64,000 nt of DNA from Octopus sinensis (Eukaryota): positions 92,008,001 to 92,072,000 of the forward strand of contig NC_043002.1 of the NCBI RefSeq assembly GCF_006345805.1, read 5' to 3'. Positions 12,660-25,958 of this stretch are shown piece after piece; the stretch's first letter is position 1, and each line of letters opens with the position of its first letter. Below the pieces are notes generated by a model. That model saw only the letters and a program-made list of their open reading frames with translations, did not search any database and was not told where the DNA came from. The position numbers and the translations under genes were made by a program.

Positions 12660-14305
12660 TATATAATAGAAACAGTTTTCAAAGAAAAAAGACTTATGTG
12701 GTATAAATAAAGGAAAAGTACAAAGGAACAAAGAAAATGCACATTAGGTATAAAAGTAATGGCTTTTCTTTTATAAAAACAAAGATACATACATACAAAT
12801 AAATGATTTGAGGTAGAATTAAAAAGTATTAAAATTATTATCATGAGTCAATATAGAAAATCATACCGGTTTCGTCATTGCTGTTCACTGGCTCTGAATC
12901 AACACCGATTTCCAAACAGTGTTGGATCTAATAGTACCTAATTGAAAATATTGCATGCAAGGGAGATAAGTAGTTCAGAATGTGATGCAATTAGGTTTAT
13001 ATGATTAATATAGTATGAATAGTATATGGGATGTATGAGGATTAGTGGGATTATTGGTATTAGTAAGGTTAGTAGTGTCATGTATCAGGTTGTGTGATTA
13101 TGTTAAGTTGTGGTTGATATTTATTAATGAAAGTTGCCGCTTTATTTGATCTTTCCTGCACTGAGCTGTTCTGGGAACATTTATAAAAAGGGAAAAATTC
13201 GGAAGTTTATTTTAAGGTTCCTAGCACATCTAAGTATGTGCTCATTGACCTGTATCTATCTATATTGTGGGAAGCGGATCTGTTCTTTGTGAAGCGTTGT
13301 TCTTCGCCTGAGGGACATTCGTGTTTGGCCTATGGGGTGGTTTCCGCGACTTAAGCAGGTAATAACATAGATTAGGTTTTCAGAGGCACAAGTGAAATTT
13401 GATTTTATCTGAATGTTTCACCTTGTTTGAAGTGAAATTCTGTATTCCCCAAAAGGTGGGGGCATGTGCCACAGTTAGGCAGCCAACATTTTTCTACTTT
13501 TGGTTCCGCTGTTAAGGGATATAGTCTTGCGTCGGTTAATATTTTTTCAATGATTTCGATTGCAATTTGCTTTTGATAATCTTGTGTGAGACCAAAATTT
13601 CGTTCATTGTTTTATCTCCAATAAGAATGGATAGATTTTGAGTGATGGTGTTGAATGTCTCATTGTTTCTTTGGTTATGTGTGGAGATGTATGGGAGTAC
13701 TTTTAAATTTGGTGTAATATTTCGGCTAATTTCCCTTATTGTTTGTATGTCTAATTCCTTTGCTCGTTTAATCCCATCACCTATTAATGCTGTTGGGTAA
13801 TGTCTCCTGGTCAGTGTTGATTTAAGTTCACGGAGTCTTAGTTCACGCGTATTGGTATCCGAAACTATGGTACAAATTCTTTTCGCTAGATTATAAGGTG
13901 TATAAATTTTTATGAGCCTGGGGTGGCATGAGTTGAATAATAAGTATTGTTTTAATTCTGTGGGTTTATAAAAGATGTCCGTTTCAATGTAGTTATTGAA
14001 TATTTTAATTAGGATGTCAAGAAAAGGAAGTTGTTTCTTTGTTTTCCATGGAGAATTGTATGTTGCTATTGATATTGTTGAGCATTATTTTGAAATCGAG
14101 GAGTTTGTCAATGCTATCGTTCCAAAATATAAAGCAATCATCTTAGTACCTTTTCCAGTTCTCCTTTAAATAGCAATGAAATCAGGTACCATATTTTTGT
14201 TGTGATGATTGGTATATTTTAAGTTCTAGATAACCCATTACAATGTTTGCATTTATTGGGGCAGCTCGAGTTTCATTAGCAATTCCACATTTATGTCGAT
14301 AGTAA
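12660..14305 (-). mobile_element. Decayed Penelope-like retroelement (RT core/thumb + GIY-YIG endonuclease + 3' region)
   Basis: Minus translation: TRAAPINANIVMGYLE...WKRY*DDCFIFW (YxDD broken by a stop, 14138-14149), LPFLDILI..TDIFYKPTELKQYLLFNSCHP, CWLPNCGTC, NLIYVITC...IGQT; stops and frameshifts. Confidence 0.9.
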
Positions 14306-14663
14306 ACTATATCTCTCTATGTTGATCTGTATATTTTCATATCCATATGCTTACATACATGTGCATATACACATATATACACACATCCACCCACACACAT
14401 ACATACATCTATCTACATAACAGCCCACTAACTGTTCTACTCTACCTGTGTAAACTGTGGGTGTTGGGGTATGATATCTTCTATGTATATTTCCTATTTA
14501 GTATTTGCAACAAAGAAATTTACTGGAAATTTTACCGGTGAGTGCGTTAAATTATAAGGTACAAAAATAAAATGACTCTCCTCAAACGAAATAGTATACA
14601 CACACACACACACACACACACTTACCCCCGTTTTCCTTTTCTCTTGGACTTTCCTCTGTGACC

Positions 14664-14700
14664 TGTTTCTGAAGAGGAGCTTTGCTCGAAACGTTAAACA
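14664..14700 (+). ncRNA. Minimal type I hammerhead ribozyme (Penelope type)
   Basis: TGTTT-CTGAAGA-G-GAGC-ttt-GCTC-GAAACGTT-AAACA: intact core, stem II, palindromic ACGT stem III, 5-bp stem I. Confidence 0.7.
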
Positions 14701-15048
14701 CCATTTCTTTCCTTCACTGAGCGTCTTTTAATACTTTGCATTCACCACGTCCTCGCGTTGTTTTTCCTTGTGATTTTTCTTTGTTTTTTTTTTTAATTAT
14801 ATACATATATATATATGCACACGCACACATATATGTATATATATATGTATGCATGTATGTATGTATGTATGTATGTATGTATGTATGTATGTATGTATGT
14901 ATGTATGTATGTATGTATGTATGTATGTATGTATAAATGTGTGTGTATATGTGGGTAGACACAAACACACTCACAGACACACAAACGCAAATGCATGTGC
15001 TTATTATTGTTGTTCCTCAATCATGGCTGTTGTCAGAATCAACGTGCG

Positions 15049-15082
<34 letters not shown>

Positions 15083-15087
15083 GTATT

Positions 15088-15119
<32 letters not shown>

Positions 15120-15120
15120 C

Positions 15121-15680
15121 ATTGAGTGAGAGAGCAGTGCATGCCATCAAAGTGACACTGGGGTAAAATATACGAAGCCCAGTATACCCATCATGACTAC
15201 CCGTCTTATGAGGGTACACCAGGCACATGCATCACAACCATATGTGCGCGACATGGTGATCTCATATCAAGATAAACAGCACATGACCTTGCAGGTGGGG
15301 CCCAGTTAGAATTTTCTTCTGCTCGAATAACCCATCCCGCTCAAAAGGTCCCTGAATAAGGGTTGTTTAAGGATGATGAACGAAACAGCCATGTTTCCAG
15401 AGGTGAATTATTCAAACCCCAAAGAATTCCTCTCAACACATGGCTATGATGATCCCCCACTACATCTGCTCGTGATCAGAGATGCACATATCGTCAGCCC
15501 CTAAGGGAAATGCTCAAGTGATTAAAGTCAAACAACTGACAAGCAAATCTGTGGTAGTGAGCAGAATATTTGCTGTAGCCCCTTTTTTATACCAAGACAA
15601 AACAATGTACATGATAACACTTCCAATCAGTTAAGATCAGAAGCCACGAGAGCTATTGCCTGGCACTGCATCAGGGCATT
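15121..15680 (-). mobile_element. ~560-bp non-coding retroelement embedded in (TAA)n
   Basis: (TTA)n on both sides; shortened homologues at 42740-43201 and 44360-44821; no ORF; orientation inferred. Confidence 0.75.
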
Positions 15681-15682
15681 TA

Positions 15683-15757
<75 letters not shown>

Positions 15758-15785
15758 TATTATTATTAATAATAATAATATTATT

Positions 15786-15820
<35 letters not shown>

Positions 15821-15835
15821 TATTATTATTATTAT

Positions 15836-15898
<63 letters not shown>

Positions 15899-16015
15899 CA
15901 GTAGTAGTAGTAGTAGTAATAGTAGCGGCAGTAGCAATAGTAGTAGTAGTAGTAGTATTAGTAGTAGTAGTAGGAGGAGGAGTAACAGTACTAGCAGTCT
16001 CAGCAGCAGCAGCAG
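15681..16015. repeat. Trinucleotide microsatellite series (ATT)(ATC)(AGT)(AGC)
   Basis: Visible directly. Confidence 0.95.
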
Positions 16016-17304
16016 GAGATTTATGCAACGTCTAGGGGACAACACCCTTCGTAACTGCACTGTAAGCTTTATCTTATTCTTCGTATTGAATTTAACCAAG
16101 CGAGAATATAACAGCTTTAACCACCAATCGATCGTTTTATATCACAGCAGATGATACATGTCAAAGCTGATTGAAGGATTTAGCTATTGATTGATTGATT
16201 TCTATCTATCGAATTATTTTTAGATCATCGCCTTACCTATAATTTTGATATTCTGGGCACATTTTTTTCCCAGCTCTTTAAAAACTTTCTCTTTTCAGAT
16301 AAAATATTGTTGTGGGCGTCAATTTCTTTGATTTGCTTTATTTACACACTTCGGTGAGAAGAAAGATCGATATTATTTCAGTAAATTAATAGCAACAAAG
16401 GAAATAACAAAATAAAAGGAAAACATAAACAGCCAGAAAACAAAACGGTAAAAACACATTTGATTCTTGTTGCAGTTTAAGTTACATGAAGGTAAACCAG
16501 TGGATCAAATGAGGTTAAATATTTGAGACCTCTTATTAATTTACTAGCTCAAAGTTAGCTCTTGTGAAGGGCTAATTGGGCCTGCGATCCAAAAGCATTT
16601 ATTAGTACCCTACCAATAAGGTATTACTTTAAATTCAGCCTAAATGCAAAACTTGTAAGTTCATAAAGTTTGGAGTTCTATTAAAATTTGAATTTTCAAC
16701 TGCTAGCCTTTAACAAATCCTCATCCAAACCTGACCTCAATGCTGGATGTACAAGAACCAAATGAAGAGCAAATGTTCAATCCCCGGATCATCCTGATTC
16801 CAAAAACGTAAAATATGTCTATGCAGAGCAAATGTAGACTGAGATACAGGAGTCTCAGACGAACGGACAGATTATTATAGATTTTTTCTCTATATTACCT
16901 TTTATCATGAATAATGATTCTAGGGATGTGGATTGACAGAATTGTTTGAGTGCCAGTGTAGCGATTTCAGATGACACTTATTTATCTTACCTGTAGGTTA
17001 CATAAAATTGCTTACAGATTACCTCCGGTATTAAGTAAAATGGGTTAATGAAGGAATTTTTACGCGATCGTTCGAGCACCTCAACTGCATTATATTGGAT
17101 AATGGACGGATATTTGGGAAAATCAATAAATTTTTACGTGTATGTATTTGTTCTGCAAGATTCTTGATGTGAAATCGTGTGTTGAAACAGTTATTATATT
17201 TCGGGATGGTCATTTTTTTTTCTGCCAAATAAACACACGCAATATATACTCGTTCTTCACTTAAGTTTTATTATTGTTCAGTAAAATATTTTTGCCACAA
17301 GAAA

Positions 17305-17383
17305 AGAAAGAATTTGAACTCAGAACGTGCAAACGGACCAAATGCCGCTAAACATTTTGCCCGGCGTGCTGACGATTCCGCCT
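17305..17383 (-). mobile_element. SINE family C head fragment
   Basis: GAATTTGAACTCAGAACG...GCCCGGCGTGCT matches the family C head. Confidence 0.7.
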
Positions 17384-17419
17384 AAACATAAGAAATACAG
17401 GAAAGATTCTTTGTGGATT

Positions 17420-17625
17420 TTGTTTAGTTCAAGTCAAACCTGAGTAAGAAATCTTATAAATAAAAGTTCGCCATGACCATCTCGTATTTGTTTTCAGGTA
17501 TAAATTTATCTAGAAATACATTACGTGCCTTCCCGTTATTTGTTATTTTAGTCGGTTGTATATGATCCGAGGAAGATTTGACCGCTAGCTCTAGCAGGTT
17601 TATTGACCCCTTAAGAGCATCTAAT
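17420..17625. repeat. Old dispersed repeat, related copy at 55468-55650
   Basis: Shared order of blocks (AGTCAAAC..CTGA, TCTAG..TACA, GAGATTT..TCTA.CA); highly diverged. Confidence 0.45.
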
Positions 17626-17699
17626 CGACTGGTATCGGAGCGTAAATACGATGATGTTCAGGCGTTTGTTCCTTTATCTATGGAATTATAAGAGTAGAT

Positions 17700-17876
17700 C
17701 AGTGGTTTTCAACCGAGGTCCATATGACACAAGTGAATATGTGATAAACAAAATAAGAATTTAAAAAGAAGTACAGAATCTATAAAACTTTTTCAAACAT
17801 CGAAATGTTATTGGGTCCACCAGAATAAAATAGTAATCAAAGGGGCCCTTAAATTAAAAATGATTGAGAAACACTG
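17700..17876. mobile_element. hAT (Charlie-like) MITE
   Basis: TIRs CAGTGGTTTTCAA / TTGAGAAACACTG; degenerate 8-bp TSD GAGTAGAT/GTGTTGAT. Confidence 0.7.
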
Positions 17877-17985
17877 GTGTTGATTAAAAGAATTCCACAC
17901 TGAGATTTTTTAATCCGGCCTTCAGAGTCGGTACATAGAGAAACTACTACAGTCTCTGAGACACTCATAGTTTTAATTTTTAATC

Positions 17986-18418
17986 GGATCTTTTCGGTTT
18001 GAACGGCAGTTTTTTCTAGCGGTGTCATATGAAATTGTCACCCATAATTATGAACCTAGTATCGATCTATTGCATTTCAATGTTTTAGGGTTAGAGTTAG
18101 TTAGGGTTAGTTAGAGTTAAAGTTAGGGGTTGAGAGAAGGGTATCTTTTTTTCTTCACAAATGTAAATAAAACCAATCTCTTTCTTAAACGAGGGACATA
18201 TTCATACGGCACAGAATGTTTTTTAACTCAATAGACGGTCATTGATTGGTTGAAATTGCAGAAATTGAAGAAAAAAACAACAAATATCTTACAATCTTCC
18301 TCAATAAAGCGAAGAGAAAAAGATGTTTTATAAACACATTCTACCAGTATACGAAGTTTAAAATTTTTTAGTTACCTAGAAATTATGTTAAAAAATGCCG
18401 TTCAAACCGAAAAGATCC
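17986..18418. mobile_element. MITE with GG-terminated TIRs and 8-bp TSD (Merlin- or MULE-like) carrying degenerate TTAGGG repeats
   Basis: TIR GGATCTTTTCGGTTTGAACGGCA at both ends; TSD TTTTAATC at 17978-17985 and 18419-18426; TTAGGG-like run 18085-18130. Confidence 0.85.
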
Positions 18419-18819
18419 TTTTAATCAATTGTTATATCGTTAAAAATTTTTTAAATATTTTAATGTCGCATACCACGGGACAATCTTTAGCAAATAACGA
18501 CTAGTTTGCTCCTACCGAAGACCACCTTTCATTCACATGTTTTCAAGCTAGTCGCCACGCAAAATCTGACATGGAATTTTTAGCATTTCTGTATAGTTGA
18601 ACCATTGATTGACAAAAAGCTATCGCTTTCTAATGTAATGTGTTATTAGAAATACATGAAACATGCAGTAGTTTTTATTATTGCGCAAGCGCAAATGCCA
18701 GTGTCGAATTTTATTGATATACGCCAACACGTATATATTCACACAATATGTACAGGCATTTATACCCATGTATTGACATGCATTTTCGTGGCGCTCTTGC
18801 GTTCATAATTGAGTTCTGC

Positions 18820-19159
18820 CTGCGTGTGTATATATATATGTATCTAGACTCACACGCAAACACACATGTTCTCACATGTATGAGTATTTGTGTATGAATG
18901 TATGTATATATATATATATATATATATATTGAAAATATACATATATACAAACACATACACATATATATGTACACACTTATATTGAGAGAGGTGAGACGTA
19001 GCATATATATATACATATATATATATATATTATATATATATATATATATTATATATAATATAGATGGATATATTTATGTGTATATGTGTGTGTGTACATA
19101 TATATATATTGGGAGAGGAGAGTAGAAAGGAAGGTATGCACAAACACACACACACACAC

Positions 19160-19216
<57 letters not shown>

Positions 19217-20381
19217 GTGTATATGTGTGCATATGTGTATGTATGTGTGTGACTACGTGTGTGTATGTTTTGGGGGATGCTTATTCCCACCTCACCCTCA
19301 TCCCCATAGGAATAGGATCGGCGAAAATCCCGTCATTTCTCCATACAAATGTAAATATACGTACATCAGCTGCTCTGATTGAAATGAAAATAAAATCTAA
19401 ATCAGTCGATGGCTTGTTCGATATAATTCTATGCTATCTTGTGTGAAATGGAACGATAAATAGAATCATTCACTTAGCGAAATCATGGTGGATATTAAAC
19501 GAGTGGTGTGGCCCTACGACAACTCACCGAAGAAAAAAAAATCACCTACATACCACATCCTCAATACATCGAAGCATACACACACACATATATATATATT
19601 ATATATATATAGATAGATAGATATAGATATATAGATAAATGTGCATATTCATATGCATGTGTGTGAGTGTGTGCGTGTGTGTTTCTGTATGTGCATGTGT
19701 GAATACACGTGTATATATCTATGCATGTATGTATGTATGTATGTATGTATGTATGTATGTATGTATGTATGTATGTATGTATGTATGTATTGTTATATAT
19801 ATATGTGTGTATGTATATATATACATATATATACATATATATATTTATATATACATACATATATATATATACATACATATACATACATATACATACATAT
19901 ACATACATATACATACGTATATATATACATACATATATATATATATATATACATATATACACATATATACATATATACACACATATACACACATATATAT
20001 ATACATATATATATACACACATATACATACATATATACATATATATAAACATATGTGTGTATTTTTGTCTTAGATATGAATGTTTAATATGTATTTAGAA
20101 AGAAAGGGGAAGTGCAGTAAAGAGTGGGATAACCCCCTTCATGGGTTTCCGACATCATCAAAAGAAAACTAAGCCTTTAAATGAAACATGTGAAGATGTG
20201 TAGAAAATATAGTGTCGAATCGGCTCTTTGATCCACTAACATCAATATGAAATGCTTTGATCTATACAACGGACAGAAGAGAGATTCTATAGATTTGATA
20301 GGTATTGGAATGAATTGGAGAAAAACAAGCACGAAAGATATTGTGTATGTGTGTATGTATGTGAACATGCGGGCGCGTGTG

Positions 20382-20470
<89 letters not shown>

Positions 20471-20479
20471 GTATATATC

Positions 20480-20516
<37 letters not shown>

Positions 20517-20677
20517 ATGTGGTGTGTGTATATATATATATATATGCATATATATGTGTGTATGTGGTGTGTGAATGTGTATATATATATATTATATTAT
20601 ATATATTTATATGTGTGTGTGTGTGTGTGTGTATGTGTGTACATATGTACATATGTATATATATATATATATAGATT

Positions 20678-20728
<51 letters not shown>

Positions 20729-21545
20729 GTATATTTGGATAGGGAAAGCTGAGGGAGACACAAAGACAGTAATAGGGAGACACAGAAGACGGAGATAGAG
20801 AGAGATGAAGAGAGAATGTGTGCGGGTGGAATGGTGGGTGAGAGAAATTGAAGGAATAACTGCAAAAATAATTATATGTGTGGGTGAGTATGGAGAATGT
20901 AGAAGAAAATGTGTGACAATGTAGTTAACGAGAGGGGGAAAACAAAGCGACAGAGAGAGAGAGAGGGGGGTGGAGAGAGGAAGGTTTTGCTTTAGGATAT
21001 TGGGAGTGTACAGAGGAAGGAGGAAGCGTAAGAATAGTGATAGTTAAAACAAATATCAGAGGGAGAGAGAGACAGACAGACAGAGACAGACAGACAGAGG
21101 AAAAGATAGAGAGGGGAGGGAAAGAGAGAAATAGGAAAAGAAGTAGAGAGGAAAAAGAAAGTGAAAGGAAAAGAGAGAGAGGAAAAGAAAGCGAGAGAGA
21201 GAGAGAGGAAAAGAGAGAGAGGAGGAGGAGAGAGGTAAAAGAGAGGAAGAGAGAAAGAGAGCAGAAAGAGATAGAGAGAGGGAGACGAAAGGAGAGAAAG
21301 GAAGTAAAGTACGAAAGAAAATGAGAGAGCTTGAGAAGTTGAATCAGTAGAACGATAGAAAAAATGAAAGAGGTGAAGGGAGAAAATACGAAGAAAGGAA
21401 ACATAACTTAAAGGAAAGTGAAAGTAGAGAGAAAGAGACAAAGATAGGGAGAGAGAAAGAGAGAGAGAGAGAGGGAGAGAGAGAGAGAGAGAGAGAGGGC
21501 AAGTGTGTGTAAGAGAGAGAGAGAGTGCAAGAGTAAAAGAAGGGA
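18820..21545. repeat. Large compound microsatellite field ending in an ~800-bp AG-rich tract
   Basis: Visible directly. Confidence 0.9.
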
Positions 21546-21696
21546 GGGAAGATATTCAACTCAGGAAACGATGATTTCAATAGAAACGTCTCTTTGCAAA
21601 CCCCTAAATTCTAGTAAATTCTGCAAATATTGAGAAACGGTCAAATAGAATTTGGAGTTGTGGCGAGGTGTAGAATCATTTCTTCTTAACTGGGAA

Positions 21697-21771
<75 letters not shown>

Positions 21772-21872
21772 TCATGTATGTGTGTATATATATACATACA
21801 TACACATACATTTATGTATATAATGCACAAATATACACCCATATAAGCGTGTGTGTGTCCGTATGTGTATAT

Positions 21873-22570
21873 ATCCACAGAAAGCTGTGGATTGTTTATG
21901 GAGATGACACCATAAACAGGAGCAATGTTTGCGGATTATAGATGAATAAGTTTGAAGATAGGGAACGAGCGTTGATGTCAAAACATCCCAATGGAAGCCC
22001 ACCAGCTGCAATCTCTGATACGAAACGTTACAGTGTGAACTGATTGATCTACTCAAACAGAAGAAGTATAACCCGTGAACTTCGTGCACAATGGGACTGT
22101 GGTCATACTGCTCCGTAGAACATGCTAGAAGACTTTCGTTGTCCGACTGTTTTGATCAGCTGGAACCTTTTGAAGCCAATGATGACACGATTCTACCATT
22201 CAGGTGATGTGTGGAAATGTGGGCTCAGTCCATTACACCTCGTCTCCATGACCCCAAAAGGTCGAAGACAGGTGATGATCGGAACAGTAAGTTATGATAA
22301 ATATTTTGTTAGAGGATGACAAAATTAGGCAAAAGCAAATTGGGCTGCTCAGTTTTCACCCAACCATCGTACAGCCAGTTTTAGTGGCCTCTGACTTCTA
22401 GTTCTTCGATCCACTGAAGGGCTGTCTTCGGGGACAACGATTTCATGACGTACACAAAGTAAAAACGGATGCAACAATGCACGCCTAAAATTCTTCAAAG
22501 TAGATTCAAAAGTTGTGCCCAGCGATAACGTTAAAGCACTGCTTCTGACGGAGATTATGTTCAATAGTAT
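21873..22570 (+). mobile_element. Highly decayed mariner transposase remnant
   Basis: IHRKLWIVYGDDTINRSNV (HTH region); QPSYS..VASDF*FFDPLKGCLRGQRF (YSPDLAPSD motif); terminal DGDYVQ*. Confidence 0.75.
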
Positions 22571-22647
22571 CTTTGTATTGAGGTAAAGTTACTCTACAAA
22601 CTCGTACCATTTAAACGACCAGTGTCAACATCTTGTCTTGTGTGTGT

Positions 22648-22688
<41 letters not shown>

Positions 22689-23065
22689 CGCGCTTCATGA
22701 TACGTGTATAGAGAGTTATATATGCTCTTGAAGCCGAGAATTTGAGCTTACGTAGACAGTTTTTATATATCACCTGATGAAACACATCTACATTTCATTG
22801 TGCAGGGAAACCGATGGCATAATCAAGAACCTGCACGCCTGGAGAACTACTTTGCGTAGAAACGATTGTGGTGATTGCAAATAAGTGTCCAGCCGTATTC
22901 CTTCTTGCTGACTCCAATGCTTTTTCAATTATCTATTTTCAATCTTTTTTCTATTTTATCTTTTTTTCAATTATCTAGACTTGAAATCTTGCCTCCATTC
23001 ATTTCAACTTTTACAAATAACTGCATGTTTTTTTCCAGGTATACTAACGACCTGATTGATCAAAT

Positions 23066-23195
23066 GTCCAGAAAACTGACGAAAGTGCCCTTGTTTGGTC
23101 AAGACAATGCTCCAGCACACAAGTCTTTGGTTTACATGGCTGCTGTACGTTACTGCCTTTGAACTGGTGGCTCACACTACTTTTTTCTTGATTTG
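23066..23195 (+). mobile_element. Short mariner transposase fragment
   Basis: RKLTKVPLFGQDNAPAHKSLVYMAAV contains the second catalytic-D motif DNAPAH. Confidence 0.7.
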
Positions 23196-23289
23196 TTCTC
23201 GACTTTTTTTTCAGCCGATCTGTCAGAGCCATTTTTGCTCCTGGTATTCTCAGCTTCTCCTGTATCTGTAGAAAGGAGTATTTCGAAGA

Positions 23290-23950
23290 TTATCATTCAA
23301 CATATTGTACAAATGTGTCTCCAGCTTGACCTCACAAGCATATCAGGTTTTCATGACCATCATGGCTCATTGGCACTTTATTTTCCGCGACTTTTATCTC
23401 CAGGAATTACTACAATAACAAAGACTGCACTATGTATGAAGTCATCTACGTTTGATATATTTTCATCTTTGATTTTTCCTAATAGTTTATCTAGTATATT
23501 TACTGCTTTTCGAATTTCTCACTTTCAATTACTCTCACAGGTATTAATCTCCTTCTCCCCCTATTTCGTCTCATTTAAACGTTGATTTCTCTTATGTAAT
23601 ATCCTTTGCCTTCAAGAACTAAAACATATTTTCAATCTCACAAATACTTCTTTCCTCCTGGTGATTCATTGATCTTTCTGCTATTCCATGTTCAATTACC
23701 TTTCCTATGTAGCCATATTCTTCATCTTTCACTGTTCTGACGATCTCTTCCAGCTTCAACTAGGATAGCATTTGTTTTCTTCATCATTTGACATTTTTGA
23801 TCTAAGAGTCTTTGTTCTGTAACAGGGAACATGTCTCTCTATCCATATTTTATATATTCTTCTGTATATTATGTATCCTATTTTGCCAAACTTGCTCCTG
23901 TTGTAATATTCCAAAATAATTCTGTTCTAAGTTTCAAACTACCCTCTCTT
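23290..23950 (-). mobile_element. Decayed N-terminal fragment of an R4/Dong-type LINE ORF
   Basis: Minus pieces EYYNRSK..GYIIYRRIYKIWIER, EQRLLDQ, DDFIHSAVFVI..EP*W resemble the R4/Dong N-terminus; many stops. Confidence 0.5.
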
Positions 23951-24489
23951 GATCGTAACAGCAGTAGTTAAATAGTGACATTCTGCAAACTTTTAATGTT
24001 CAAGACCCCTACATCCGAGGATACGAGGATCCGGTTTCACTCGCCCAGTTTAAATATCTCTCATACTTTAAATATCACTCGTAAAGTGGATAAAGTAATA
24101 TCATCACTTCAGTATTAATCAAGACACAATTCTGTCCCTTATAGTGTACGAGTTATTTCTCTACGTTCAGAGTTCAGATTCTGTTCAGGTCAGTTTTGCT
24201 TTTTATCCTTTCGATAAAATAAAGAACCAACCAAGTATTAAGGTAGCCATCAAGTGTTCTTAGTTGCAGGCATTTGGCAAACTAGTATTTAACGCATTGG
24301 GCAGTGAAAACTGAAAATAACTCAGCCTTTCTTTCATGAGTTCAGAGCAATATAAAGCTTTCCTTGCATAAGTCCCAAGTTACTCTCATTCTTTTTAATG
24401 ATGCCTCGCTCCCCACAACACATCTTGGTTTGGATGGAAGGTCAACATTCCGTCTGGACGGAGGACCACTCAGTCGCGTCGCAGCGTTA

Positions 24490-24634
24490 ACCATTTACAG
24501 CTGATTGAATTGGAGTAGCGGGAAATGAATTTTTTTTTCTTCGAGAAAAAAAACCCCGCGCCGGTCTGGGAATCGGAACCATGAGCTTACGATCGCTTGC
24601 GCAACACCCTAACCACCAGGTCACGTGCCTTCAC
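24490..24634 (-). mobile_element. tRNA-derived SINE head (family B related)
   Basis: Minus GTGAAGGCACGTGACCTGGTGGTTAGGG...GGTTCCGATTCCC A/B boxes. Confidence 0.75.
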
Positions 24635-24663
24635 TCTGTGTGTGTACATATATTTACATATAT

Positions 24664-25046
24664 GGTGGAGGCGCAATGGCCCAGTGGTTAGGGCAGCAGA
24701 CTCGCGGTCGTAGGATCGCGGTTTCGATTCCCAGACCGGGTGTTGTGAATGTTTATTGAGCGAAAACACCTAAAGCGCCACGAGGCTCCGGCAGGGATGG
24801 TGGTGATCCCTGCTGTACTCTTTCACCGCAACTTTCTCTCACTCTTACTTCCTGTTTCTGTTGTACCTGTATTTCAAAGGGCCGGCCTTGTCACTCTCTG
24901 TGTCACGCTGAATATCCCCGAGAACTACGTTAAGGGTACACGTGTCTGTGGAGTGCTCAGCCACTTGCACGTTAATTTCACGAGCAGGCTGTTCCGTTGA
25001 TCGGATCAACCGGAACCCTCGTCGTCGTAACCGACAGAGTGCTTCC
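24664..25046 (+). mobile_element. Full-length tRNA-derived SINE (family B) with TSD
   Basis: A box TGGCCCAGTGG, B box GTTTCGATTCC; 12-bp TSD ATTTACATATAT (24652-24663, 25047-25058). Confidence 0.92.
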
Positions 25047-25061
25047 ATTTACATATATATA

Positions 25062-25891
25062 CGAGGTGCAGTGAATAAATTATCGTCTAAATTACGCGAA
25101 AATGAAAATAACACTGACATCTCATTTTAACAGATATATTTGCCAAAATTACATTAAAATATCTTGAAATGCTAAAGAGTAAATCTATTCAATAAAATTG
25201 CCATTGGCTTTAACCACAGCTTCCAGACGATTTCAGAATCTCCTGCAACTCTTCTGGATGGTCTCCTTGTTTAAATTAATGAATGCTGCCAAAATCCTTG
25301 CCTTCACTTGATCTTTGGTCTTGCAAGGAGTTTTGTTGATCCCTCGCTCCACTGCACCCCACACGTAATAATCAAGGAGCTTGCAGTCTGGAGAGTTAGG
25401 TGACCAGATATTAGGGGTTATGCAGTCGCAGAAATTGTCGGACAGCCCTGATTGGCTTTTCCTGCTTGTGTCCTGTTGCAAGATATAAGGTCTTTCAGCG
25501 GCCACCCTCTTGACCCAGAGCACCACTACCTCTTCTAGACACTTAATGTAGGCTTCCGTATTGAGTCCAAGACTGTGTAGGAAGATAAATGGAGGCATAA
25601 CGTCGCCATCACTAGTGATCGCTCCAAACACAATGATGTTAACTAGATGCTTGGTTTTTATCACTCTAGGTACATGCCATGTCCTCAGATTGTCAACAAA
25701 ACACTCTGAAATGTTCGTATTGGAGTTTCCGGCGCGAATGCCGATCTGTGAATTGCATCATGGTACTGTTTTTCTCACAGACGGTGCCCAACTGACCCTA
25801 CTATACTGTGCAGTAGACGAAATCAAAAGAAACAATACGCATGTACAAAATTAATATTATAAAATGGCGACAATTTGCCCGTTGCACGCTG
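25062..25891 (-). mobile_element. Tc1/mariner superfamily DD37D (maT)-like element, internally deleted
   Basis: ORF 25233-25664 with VFGAITSDG, YILQQD, WSPNSPDCKLLDYYVWG; degenerate TIRs; TA on both sides. Confidence 0.85.

Positions 25892-25957
<66 letters not shown>

Positions 25958-25958
<1 letters not shown>

Noticed and set aside
18085-18130. Telomere or chromosome-fusion relic
   Set aside because: Short, degenerate and internal to a MITE
20130-20170. Minus-strand TTGATGA..GAAAC hammerhead-like motif
   Set aside because: No stem II and no 3-8 compensation
22790-22890. Possible exon after TTTCATTGTGCAG (ETDGIIKNLHAWRTTLRRNDC)
   Set aside because: No convincing donor site, recognisable homology or partner exons
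24668-24742. tRNA-like sequence
   Set aside because: It is the head of a TSD-flanked SINE; acceptor stem not formed
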